Position numbers and translations under genes: made by a program
In this document: positions 13,621-25,380 of the stretch, piece by piece
How positions within the stretch are numbered: the stretch's first letter is position 1
Layout: the number at the start of each line of letters is the position of its first letter
From: Lytechinus pictus
Taxonomy: Eukaryota
Direction of reading: 5' to 3'
Assembly (NCBI RefSeq): GCF_037042905.1
Contig: NC_087250.1
Span: 25,670,001 to 25,734,000, forward strand
Length of the DNA: 64,000 bases
The notes under the pieces: generated by a model
Database searches by the model: none
Told to the model about the DNA's origin: nothing
What the model saw: the letters and a program-made list of their open reading frames with translations, nothing else

Positions 13621-14633
13621 GTTTAAAAAAAAATACTTGCATTCTCTTCTGTTGTGTTAACGTTTTGTTTTGTATCCAGCTGCCTGTAAACGAGTTTCAA
13701 ATGATATCATCTTCTTTTAAAAGTCTTCGGACAGGAGAATTTAATGCAAGTTGTTTTTCTAGTGTAAGAAAATATTTATTACTTCTTCTTCATATTCGAT
13801 CCAATTTGCCTTGGACCGAATAATCACACCTTGTGTAATTTCATCATTATACTAAAACTGAGTTTACCGAAATCTAAATGCTTAGTTTGCAGAAATCTAA
13901 AACTTTACGGCAGTAAACTTTTTTTAGCGCCAATAAAGTTAGTTCATATTTTTGAATCCCAGGCATCCATGAAGATGTAGCATTGTGAAATGATTATAAG
14001 AAGATACAGAGCGTGAGAACGATATGGACCACTCAGGCAAGGCCGGAAAACCGGTATACAAACAGTCAATTGCCTTTCGATCAATAGTTTCAATTGCATG
14101 AAAAGTTTTGTTATAAAATACTGTCAACTGGCCAAGTTCATCCCAGGTATATGTTTTAAGACAAAGCAACATGAAACAACTATCTTCACTATTTTGTACC
14201 AGGTCCATTTGTTAAACTCTTGCTCGAAGTATTACCATTATCACCATCGATCAGTTCTCATATTTTGCTTTTATGTAAGCACCCACTGGATAGGGCCAAA
14301 TGGTCTTTATTGACTACGATTATTAACTTTATTTGACCTTGGCAGTCTAGTGGGTTCTCAATCTCTACTTCATTACATTTCACCAATTCGATAAACTATT
14401 CCTTTGTTGAACAAATAATGATAATAATAATATAATAATAATAACAACAACAATAATAATATTAATAATAATAGTAATGACAATCGATAGTCCTGCATTT
14501 CAAGCCATGTCATTGAACATAAATTCTTCTCAATTAACAGTAATTACCTTAGAACAGGGGATTCATTAATTATAATAGTCAAATGCTAATGTGTGTTTTT
14601 GTTTTCTATGATTTATTTTTAGATATATCCTAA

Positions 14634-14916
14634 ATGGAAATGGAACCATTACCACCTTTACAGCAGGTCGAGATAACCCGTCTTGCCAAAGACATACCTC
14701 ACACCAGTTACTCAGATTTCTGCGTAGCCTTGGGTTCATCCTATACTAATTGTCAGACAATTCTTGCTAGTCATCAATCACGATACAAAGACGCTTTAAT
14801 GGAGGTTTTATTCGATTGGAATGAGACACAAACCAATCCAAGTCAGTCACGATCAATCCTGGCAGGAAAGCTTGAAAAGGTAGATCTGGGTGGATTAGCA
14901 GGAAAAATATCCAAAG
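14634..14916 (+). CDS. NLR coding exon 1: N-terminal DEATH-fold domain
   Basis: Acceptor TTTTTAG ends at 14622 and an in-frame TAA directly precedes the ATG at 14634. The peptide has a death-domain pattern (ITRLAKDI...FCVALG...ALMEVLFDW...LAGKLEKVDLGGLA). Donor AAG|GTAATC, phase 1. Confidence 0.85.
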
Positions 14917-16158
14917 GTAATCACACACTCACATTACTTCACCATGTTTAACATTTGTTTATTTGGCCATCGGTATTTGTTGTTTACTTAGTATCATTTT
15001 ACGGTTTTCATGGTTTTGGGGTGATAGGTAAGTTTGTTGTTGTTGATTGGTTTTGTTGTAACATCTTAAAATGACAATGTGAACGCTGGATACATTTTCC
15101 ATTTCGACGTTGGACCCTTCTAAATTCCAAGGGGGGGGGGGGGGAACGGGAGATCGGATATCAGATAAGAACAGTTATATACATATATACATATATAATT
15201 GAACAATAGAGAAAAACCGTCCCAAAGTCTGGAAGACTGCTGTTTTGCATGATCTGAAGAACCGGTGTTTGCCATGATAAATAGCCCCCAAAAATGAACT
15301 GATCCAATTCTCTCGAAGGTTCCATTCGAATTCGAATTCGATCATAGCCATATGAACCGGTGGGGGAGGGCGGGGGGGGGGGTTAGGTGAAGCACTCACT
15401 GGAAATTACACATCGGGATTTGATAAAAATCTCCGTCCTTTGGGAGCAAAACTTTTTGACTTGTTTATCGAAATTGCCTTCAATTTGCAATTTTGATCGA
15501 TTTATGTTGAAAAATCTAATTACCTAATTATGTTATTATGTTTCCTTTTTTTTTTTGGGGGGGGGGTGGGGTAGGACGAGTACTTGTTTACAAACCAGCG
15601 CCCCTCTTTAAAAATCCCAATCCCCTGAATTCGATATGACGAAATGATTATGTTAATCTGGAGAAGGGTTTTTCGTTGTTTTTATTTTTGCTTCATTATT
15701 TCATTTTATTTTATTTATTCATTTATTTATTTTTATTTTCATTTTATTTTTATTTTTATTATTATCTTTATATTTATTTTTGTTTTTATTTTATTTCATT
15801 TATTTATTTTTTATTTTTTATTTATTTTTATTTTTATTTTTCTTGGGGGGGGGGTTGTTGCAAGGTATATTTCTTTTTACAAAAGGTTTACCTACTTGCA
15901 CAGATCCATAACTACTTTTTATTTTTACAATAACATTGAAAACATGAACGTAGATATGAAAATGGAAACAGGAAGAACCCATCCTTAACTTTCTAATGAC
16001 TTTCTACACCGTGAGATATCTACAGATATACACCGGTGATATAATTCTTCAATCTTTTGACAAATTAAACATGTAAATACTTCAGATGGTAAATGTTTGA
16101 TTACTAGTTAGTATAACATCTTCATTTAGCATAACGTTAATTTTCTCAATGTCTATAG

Positions 16159-16197
16159 GTGAATACCGAGCGGAAGAACCAATGGCACGCGAACCAG
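16159..16197 (+). CDS. NLR coding exon 2: 39-nt linker micro-exon (GEYRAEEPMAREP)
   Basis: TTTTCTCAATGTCTATAG| acceptor and CAG|GTATGA donor. Phase 1-1 and open in the frame joining exons 1 and 3. Confidence 0.7.
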
Positions 16198-18149
16198 GTA
16201 TGAAGACTGAAATCGATTTCACTTTCAGACCTTCATTTGTAGATGTTCATGGACGTTTCATTTAGTTTAGAAATAAAATAAAATGACAAAATGAATAGGA
16301 TATTTTCATCATCATGAAATATATCCCCAATTTGTACATGTTTTATGAGTCCATCTATGAATGATCGCATGGTTTACCTTACATGCATATTTACATTCAT
16401 TTGAAATTATCTTAAGATTGTTGCTAAAAGTATTATAATGGTTATGACATTATATTTGCTCCTTGCCTTGCTAAACATGTTTATTTACCATCAAAATCTT
16501 ACTGAGTATAACACGTAAATACTGGCAACGGATATCGATTCAACTAAAGTATCATTAGCCTCTTTAAAGGTGAAGTCCAGCCCAGAAAATTGTTGATTTA
16601 AATCTATAGAGAAAAATCAAACTAACATAACGCTGCAAATTCCATCGAAATCGGACGTAAAATAAGAAAGTTATGACATTTTTAAGTATCGCCCATTTTT
16701 TAACAAAACAGTTAAATGCACAACTCAGCGATATGCAAATGAGAGAGTAGATGATGTCCATCACTCACTATTTCTTTTGCTATTTATTGTTTGAATAATA
16801 CAATATTTCAATTTTTACAGATTTGACAATAGGGACCAACTTAACTGAACTATAAACTGTTGAATTAATGGTAATTTCACATGTTCAGGGAGAAATAAAA
16901 CTTTGTTGCACTTCCCAAGGAGGAGAAAATTTGAAATTTTATATGTGACTCGTCACACCGAAATGAGAGACAAGTCGGAATTTTTCAAATCCATATATTT
17001 AGTGATTATTATTCCCCGTTTCTTTACCTTTAATTTGATATATCACTCGACCCTTAAGAGTAAATATTAGTGGAGATATAAGCCTTAGAATGCAAGAAGA
17101 ATTGGGCTCTTGAAAATAAAAATCAAGAGAAAAACGCCTTCGAAGTTTGACTTCCGTTTTGACCCTGCTCCATGCAAAAATCTATTTTGCCACCGCCGAG
17201 CTAACCGAAATGCCCTAGTAACCGCTTGCCAAAAAAGGCGAAACGATTAACCAATGAAGAGGCTGCATTGAGAACAATAGTCAACTTGCAAGTCACGCGC
17301 GACTGCAAGACGAAACAACATTCTATTACGTAACATTCGTATAAGTCTTCAGAGGATAGCATTTCCCAGGTGTTAGGCAGTGAAATTCACACAATGCAAT
17401 TCAAAGCAATCAAAATTCCGCACAGGGCCAGTTCTCTATAAAAGGCCCTAACCAATGAATAGGAACCATCTTTTTCAAGTGTGACGGCAGTGACTACACA
17501 TCTTTATCTTCATGGTGAGTATTGAGGAGACATGAGCCTATGGTCTCCTTCAGCCCTGCTCTCCGTTGGGGAGCAGGCATGGAAAGCCGCCTGGAGTTGA
17601 GTAAAAGCGGCAGCTATCATGGCAGTCTGTGATATTTTTAGGCATGCGAGTCATGCTGAATTGGGCAGGAGGGCTCCTCCACCCATATTTTCGGTATGTG
17701 AGCCATACCTTTCTACATCAGGGCGCTGCCCTACACTGTTTCTTTATTAGGGCGCTGCCCTATCTTATCTACTAGAAATTCGCTGATTCAGCACACCTTC
17801 ACATCCCTATCTTATCTACTAGAAATTCGCTGATTCAGCACACCTTCACATCATTTTCAATGATTACAATAATTACTCTTGTAAACTCTTCGATTTATCG
17901 AATTAAGCCGTATGCTGATATGACATCGAACCATGTCATTTGATTTGGATTGCAAGCCTTACCCTTATTACAGCCTTATTTTGACTTCAATTCATCCGAG
18001 TAATTGCTTCCAACTTTTCTTACTTGGCATTGCCAAATTTTCTACAATACTCGCTCTAATGTATGGTTAGTATACCAACCAATAACAGCAAATGTGCTGG
18101 ACCAAGGGATTTAATTTAACCCGTGTTAAATTTGTTGTCAAGTAATTGC

Positions 18150-20200
18150 TACGCCTATATTCCAATCGGATTGTGTACAGAAGAAATACGACCCCGGAGC
18201 TCCGATAATGATGATGGTCATGGCCAACTGTGTATTGGATATACTCTTATTAGTTAATATGCTCTGAAAGTCGATTTTGTTTTCACCATCCCAAAGATGG
18301 AGAGTTTTTTACTCTATAGATGCTACCATTCCTTTGCCATAGAATGGCATGAATCTTTTGCCATATAATAATGGGTGACATTCCCGGATATATTATGAAC
18401 ATGTGTATCTATGTATAAAAATTGTTATGCCTACATTTTGAATTATCCCTCATAGGGAAACTTTTAAAAGAACCATTTCGTTAAAACATGTTTAAAAAGC
18501 ATCGATTTGGAGTACTGACATCGCTATAACATGGACTTGCGCAGGCCTCTCTTTATAACCTAGAGTACATTGTACACAAAAGGCATTTTGCACAACGCAG
18601 GAATCTTCTTCACTGCTTATAAAAACGATGATCGTTATGCTCTTGTGTTAAATTTTAAACAAGTTAAGTTGTACCAGGAGCTTCACAACAGCGATATTAT
18701 CGCTAGATATCTCACAGCTCGCGTGGATAATGCTTAGACTTCCTACTGTGCCATTTTACATTTTGGCATAACCCGATTGGTTAGTGGCCAATTCACAGTC
18801 ATTTGATATAGTTTGCTATTAATCTTGGAAAAGCCAAGTTTTGACACGAAATTCAACTATCATCAATTTGTTGCTTGTAATATTAAGCTTTACGTTCCTC
18901 AAAGGAAAAAAGCCTGATAAAAAATGCTTCATTAAAACATGTTAAATGATTATGGATCTGGAAGGAACTTCATGTTGAAATGAAAAATTCTAATTGCCAA
19001 GATGTAAATCTTGTCTGAGGTTTACCAGACAATAGATAGTACACGCAAATTTGTTCCAATGAGTAGTTCATCCGTGCAAGGCGCTTAAATGAATAGCTCA
19101 TTACTATTATTACATTAAAAGAGGTAGCTAGTATATTTTCACTAGACTTTGTAAATAGGCTACATGCCCAAGCATGAACATTCTTTTGCTGATAGACCTT
19201 CCCATTTATTCACGTTGTCCTTGACAACCTACATTGAAGATTTGTCAGACCATGGACCTATATACATGTACATGTATTCTTGTTATCTATTCATTGAACA
19301 AAGAAGAAACACAATTTAAACGATTGGATTTTCTAGCTTGACAAAGCACCTAATTATCCTTTCCAACGCAAGCCGTTGATACTAAGAGTATTCCAAATTC
19401 CCGAAGTGTACAACAAGTTGGATTAAGTAAACTTTCAACCTTTCACAAGTTTAGAATGTATGCAGACATGCATTCCGACACTTTTGGTATTTGGAAAAAC
19501 ACAGGACAGAGATCCATTGTTAGTCTAATCTGCAAAGTTGAAATTTCTTCCACCCTGTACTCATCTTGTACAAGTCTATCAACCGTGAACCATCATCCTT
19601 GTGTCATGCAAAATTTATACAATATGCTACCAAGAAGACTTAACTATATTTGAAGTAACTTTATATAATACATGGATTCTCAAGAGAACTTATTACTGAA
19701 TGTTAACAATCAGTCATCTGATATAAAAAATATTGTATAAGCCTTTATGATCCCGAGAGGATGCTGCTTTGATTTGTACATTTTGTATCGCTGAAATTGA
19801 GTTTTTTCATTACTAACTCCTCGATCACGAGGGAAATACAAAAAAAAAAAAAAAAAATTGAACTTGTGGTGATAAATGGTTTTAAAAATAAAAATGAATA
19901 ACAATAAAACTGGGATTTCTGGAAGCGAGCTCCCGAGGTCTGTTTTACAGGGGAGAGTTTAAAATACCTGACTTGGCACATCTAGGACCTAACCTGGTTG
20001 ATTCTTTTATTGTTTACATTTTATTATTCAATCAGACGACAATGTTATGTCATGTATCAAAAATTGGATATCGAAGTGTCATAATTTTGGACTCGTATCT
20101 CAAATTGATTTCTGACAATTATCAACATAAAGATTCATTACTTATTATTACTTATTATTTTGCCAGTCAACTATGCATATACTCCAACCGGATACTCCAC
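18150..20200 (+). pseudogene. Heavily decayed DIRS-like RT-RNase H-(MT) coding remnant
   Basis: Motif-like peptides occur in the expected order across stops and frameshifts: DGHGQLCIGY...F.IPKME (~18213-18302), FGV (~18506), GIFFTAYKNDD (~18600-18632; cf. GI...YLDD), MYADMHS..FG (19456; cf. TDAS..WG), SR...LGPNLVDSF (~19931-20008; cf. LSR...GP..VDLF) and NYAYTP (~20170; cf. YAFPP). Matched by eye only. Confidence 0.5.
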
Positions 20201-21979
20201 AACTTATGATTAATCTCAATCACTGCTAATATCGTTAGCATGTTAATAGGTGTCGCGATCATGTTTTGTAAGGTATCTGACCTGCCAACTACCAACATAA
20301 ATGTTTAGGAATTGATTTCTTGCACGGCACCTATGCCCTAGAACAAAATTTTTTTTAAACATGTTTGTTTTTCACAAACAAATGAATACTAATATCATTA
20401 ACTATTCAAATTGATACGTAAGTTTGATTAGAAGAATAAACTCCAATGTATCTTTGCAAGCTGTGCTGTAAACTACATCCCCGACCTCGACCACCACTAT
20501 GCTGATAATCAAGTATGATTGAATTAAGGCAATTTACTGCCTACAAATCCTTGTTGAGCTCCTTGTCTCAGTTACAGTGTTTGACAGCAATAGAACTCTT
20601 TATCAATTGTAATGATAACATTTATTAATCGAACAAAATTTGAAACATGAAATTTCATTTAATCTAAACCATGGTTATCAAGTTTATAAATCTTTCAGGA
20701 AGCTATTCTTTTCAAGTATGCTTACATCTAAATTCATTACAGCCTTTTTATGGACTTCCAATTCGGGATAATATCCTTTTACTTGGCACACCAAATTACA
20801 AGGAAGTTCGATTCAAATTCATTGTACCATTGTTGAATGTTAATCTTTTTTTGGACAATCATAAATTCTATCTTCTTATTTTGACGTCAATAATTCTGCT
20901 CTTCTCTGCTGACAGCAATTACGTCCAGCGTGCTCAAACGCTGAATGAACCATCCAAATTTCACTTTCAAAAGTTGTCATGAAAGTTATTTTGTACGATG
21001 AGAAAAGTATTTGAACATCACTACTTTGTTCCCTTCAAGTATGAATTCATTTTTGTTGATTGCTTTTTCTAAACTACTCTTCTCAGGTTAAAGGTGCACA
21101 AAGAGTACTTTCTAGTACTCACCAATTGGAACCCCCTAAAAACATCTAGTAACCTTGTCTCAGATTAAAAACTGAATTACAGTTTTTACACTTTATACCA
21201 TCTGACCATGATGCCTCAGTAATTGTACCTCGTTTCATCATTACTTAATTACCTCCTTCATCACTTAAACTTTTGATTTGATCATAGAGAAATATTTTGA
21301 CTTGATATCTGAAGCAAGATATTATTATTTTCATCCTACGATGAATCTTCCAACATTAGTTATTCTTATCTTAACGTCGATTATTATATATGGCTCTTTC
21401 AGTGAGACCATTTTCGCCTCTACTGCTGATGATAAAATGATATAAAATTATTTGAAAATATTTCACATTTATATCAATGGATTATATAGAAGTATGATGT
21501 ACTTGATTGGAGATAATTTGCAAGATGAATCGAGGAATATTTCAATGATTAATTTCCTCTGATTGTTCATTGAGATACAATTGATTAATAATTATATATA
21601 TAATCATTGGCTGATTCAGTGTTCCTTCATTACATTTTCATAATGTCAATTCATTCTGAAGTGTTATAAATCTTTCTAATTTGGCAAGTGGCAACATCGT
21701 ATGTCCATGTTGAGATAATATGATCTTTACGAGATCATTATGGGAGATAACTTTCAAATTGTTTGAAATTGACTTCTGATATGTGGCTTTGAACATGCTA
21801 TCCTCTGAAGACTTATACGAATGTTACGTAATAGAATTCGTAAATTATACAAATAGTATGAAGTATAATTAGAATTCTATTAGTAATAATGAAGTATAAG
21901 TCGAGGAGGATCCCACCCTGCATCAAAACAATTTTATTCCCTCCCGATTATACAGAAGTCAATTTTGAGATGCAGACCT

Positions 21980-22253
21980 TATTTTGTGGGAATACAGCGC
22001 CATCTATCTAGAAATAATCTATTCCGATGCACATTGTTATTATTATTTTCCCCGACTTAAGCACGAGCTGCCTTTTAGCGCTCAGTGCAATCAAGGAGTT
22101 GATCCTGTCGGGTACCCATTCACCTCAACTGGGTTGAGTGCAGCACATGGTGGGTATATTTATTGCAGAAGGAAAACACATCATACCTGGAATTCGAACC
22201 CACGTCCGTCTGATTGAAAGACGAGAGCCGTAACCACTAGACCACGGCGCCCC
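21980..22253 (-). mobile_element. tRNA-derived SINE inside the DIRS-type element
   Basis: The minus strand begins GGGGCGCCGTGGTCTAGTGG ... GGTTCGAATTCC and shares the GAGGTGAATGGGTACC core with 2045-2302. Confidence 0.8.
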
Positions 22254-24088
22254 ATTAAAACACATACAACAAATTTATACGAACCAAATGATTATTTGGT
22301 GTGTACATCTTGAAAAATTACTTAAGTGGATTGGAAAGCAATCCTGTTTTTAGTTGTTTACATACAAGATCTTTGTGTTTTGTATGACCTTAGCCGTCTT
22401 TGAAAAGATGGTTCCTATTCATTGGTTAGGGCCTTTTATAGAGAACTGGCCCTGTGCGGAATTTTGATTGCTTTGAATTGCATTGTGTGAATTTCACTGC
22501 CTAACACCTGGGAAATGCTATCCTCCTCGACTTATACTTCATTATTACTAATAGAATTCTAATTATACTTCATACTATTTGTATAATTTACGAATTATCT
22601 TCTACACATCATTGGTTAAACCGGGGTTTATAAAAATCTTCGTGAAAGAAAAAGAATGCCATGATCTCCCTTATTAATGAAATAAAAGGCGGGGATAAAA
22701 GGTTGGCCCTAAGACCAATGCTGATTCGGATCGATATCAAGCACAACCAATATTTTATTCTAATAAAGTAACAGATAAAGAATGAGAACATGCAAATGCC
22801 TTGTGCAACAAGTCTTTGTAAGATTGAATGATTAAATTTGGAGGAGAGAGAACCCCCCCCCCAAAAAAAAAAAGCCGACAAAAACATCATGATAGTAATA
22901 ACAATATTTAAAATTAAAAAAAATAAAATGAAATAAAACAAAAATCCGAGACATGACAAGACGATGTTAATTATCTAGTAAAGTATAAAATGAGTGTAAA
23001 ATGAATGTATGAATGTTCTTTTCATTACAATTTCATATGAGACAAACTGAGTTATCAAATGATTGATATACATTATGTAATTTTAGATTTATTGCGATTT
23101 TGTCTTCCTTGGTATTTATTAAACCAATGAATAAGAAAAATAGCTTTCTTCATGACAACTATCATTCTCATACTGGCAATGATCGAATTAAGCGAAGGGT
23201 GTGGTTTGTTTAAAGAAAGTTCAAGTTCCCCTGTTAGTTATCCCTCGAAAATGGGATAATTCCCCCACCCCCAACACTCACACACACAGGTCAGGCCTTG
23301 TTTACAATCTCGCCTTTGGAATCGACTTGACCCTTTTCACTGTCAATAGGCCTACACTGCGTTGCGAAGAATGAAAGGGAAAACAACGGGGATTTCTCCC
23401 CCTTCTTTCTTTTGTCGCCATAAGAAAGCGGTAGAATGAAAAGACCTTTATTGATTTTTTATTTCTTTTAAAGACATTTTACCATGTAAATGCGTATCCG
23501 CCAAGCGACGTTGCCAAGATCGATACAGAGGCGTATAATCATCATTATCATGGGTATCGTGACTGGAGACTCCAATTCTATACTCATTTCCCACGAAAAA
23601 AAAATGAACTCGTCGAATCATTTGTTTTTATATTACCAAAGGTTTTTGAAATAGATATCAATAAATGAAAGAATTGACACAATGTTTATTGTTGTCAGTT
23701 TACTTCATTTCAAGAAAGTTTCTGATAGAAATATTGATTGAAGAGCCTGTGTATGTCTATTATTATTACCAAGCTCCATGTTAAACCTTAATACTAGCCG
23801 CCATTTTAAATCGAATTGCAGGTATGATTAAAATGTTAGGCAGCCCGGTTGTGTTTAAAGTTCTCTGTTTTTTCCTTGACCGTTTTCGTAATTTTCCAAT
23901 CGAACTTTTGACTCATTCCATTCTACCGTAATTTTTCGCTGTTAATTGTTTGCTATTTTGTCATCTTTTTTGTTTATTTCCCTTTCTTACTAATCACGCT
24001 AGCATAGTATTTTTTGAATGATTTGTTCTTTCTCACATGTTCGTCTTTCCTTCCTTTCCCGCTTTGTATGTTTTTCTTACTTTTTCAT

Positions 24089-24315
24089 AGGCGGATCCAG
24101 CTTTTGGCGAAAGGGGGGGGGGGGCGTACTGCTGAGCGGCGCACACATTTTTATACATCACCGGCGCCATAAAAGAAAATTTTGAAAAAGGGGTAAAGTC
24201 TGACCCTGTCAAATGCTCTTTTCTTTCCTTTATTTTTTAAGCGGCGCCTTTTCTTTCTTTTACTTTTCTCAAATATTAGGGCGTGCGCCCCTTCTGCCCC
24301 CCTGGATCCGCCATT
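24089..24315. mobile_element. Short hAT-like MITE (GGCGGATCCAG termini); related copy at ~25558-25774
   Basis: GGCGGATCCAG ... CTGGATCCGCC inverted termini with G/C homopolymer tracts. Confidence 0.6.
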
Positions 24316-25380
24316 GTTTTTTCACTTTCCCTTTTCTTCCATTTCTCCTTTCCCCCCTTTCCTCGCTTTCTTTCCCTTTCCTCTTTTTGCTCCCTTTCTT
24401 CCCCCTTTTTTATGGCGATGAAATCAGCAAGGGCAGCCTGCCCCCTGCCTGTTACACCACTGATATTATTTTACCGGAGGAAAATGGAAATTTTATAGAA
24501 AGGACAACAAAAACTAAAGCTGTACAATATTTTTTATCATGTTTTCACTGTATAATACCGATCCCCTCTCGCTTGTCCTTGTTTTCGCTAATTCCTTCCC
24601 ATCCCTTTCTCTTTCTGCTCTGTTTTCACTCATTCCTTCCCATCCCTTCCTCTTAAAGAACGGCTGTGATAAAAAAATAGACGATCGAATGGGGAGAAGA
24701 AGGAATTATATAGAACAAAAAAAAGAGCGAAAAGTGAGAGGAGTAAGACGTTTGAATGAGTAAGAGAGAGAAGAAAAAGGGGAAGAAATGAGGTCAAAAA
24801 ATTAGAGCAGATCGACGAGGTAGGAGAAAAAGAAATGCAGGGGGAGGAATAAGATTGTAGGGATGAGCAGATGAGAGGAAGAAGGAAAACAGAAATATAT
24901 TATATTAAAGAGGAACGAAATAAAAAAGAAGAGGAATGAGGCGGTGAGTGAGGGAGGGAGAAAAGAAAGAAGGAAAGAAGAAAGAAAACCGGCAAAAAAG
25001 AGAAGATCGAAGGATGAGAAGAACGAAAAAAAGAGTTATGTAAATAGAAACGAAAACGAAGAAAAGGGGAAAATAGGGAAAACAGGTGGAGGGTGAACAA
25101 AGGGGAGAGAGAAGGAAAGGAGGAGAATATAATCGACATAGAAAAATAAGAGAAGATCGAAAGGGGAGAAGAACGGAAAACAAAGGAGGAATTAACAAAT
25201 TAGAATTAAATAAGAGAAAGGGGTTGAGGAAGAACAAGGAGGGATATTTAGGAAGAAGAGACCGAATGATCTGAATGAGAAGAGCGAACGAAAAGGGGAA
25301 GAAAGGAAGAAATAAAACACAAGAAAGACGAAAGAAGAAGGTAAGAGAATAACATAGAGGGACAGAGAGAATAGATCTGG
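24316..25380. repeat. Pyrimidine-rich tracts followed by a ~700 bp purine-rich low-complexity tract
   Basis: CT-rich at 24316-24410 and 24560-24653; GA-rich at 24670-25375. Confidence 0.85.

Larger units (their letters stand above)
17320..22596 (+). mobile_element. DIRS-type (tyrosine-recombinase class) retrotransposon with intact ITR/ICR structure and decayed coding region
   Basis: ITR 17352-17474 is the exact reverse complement of 22403-22525. ICR 21795-21911 is complementary to 17320-17362 plus 22520-22596. ATT occurs at both termini and at the ICR junction. RT/RH-like remnants lie on the + strand. Confidence 0.85.

Noticed and set aside
15644..15988. Hydrophobic F/I/Y-rich ORFs (also 24213-25433, 28989-29642, 32733-33369, 39644-39893, 61381-61680)
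   Set aside because: They are translations of low-complexity or microsatellite tracts.
20600..21400. Tyrosine recombinase ORF of the DIRS element
   Set aside because: Only vague hints (LCSL, YTLYHL) are visible. The catalytic R-H-R-Y residues could not be identified, so it is not called.
17860..21700. Endogenous viral gene remnant
   Set aside because: No viral motif was recognised. The ITR/ICR layout and ordered RT/RH-like remnants fit DIRS better.
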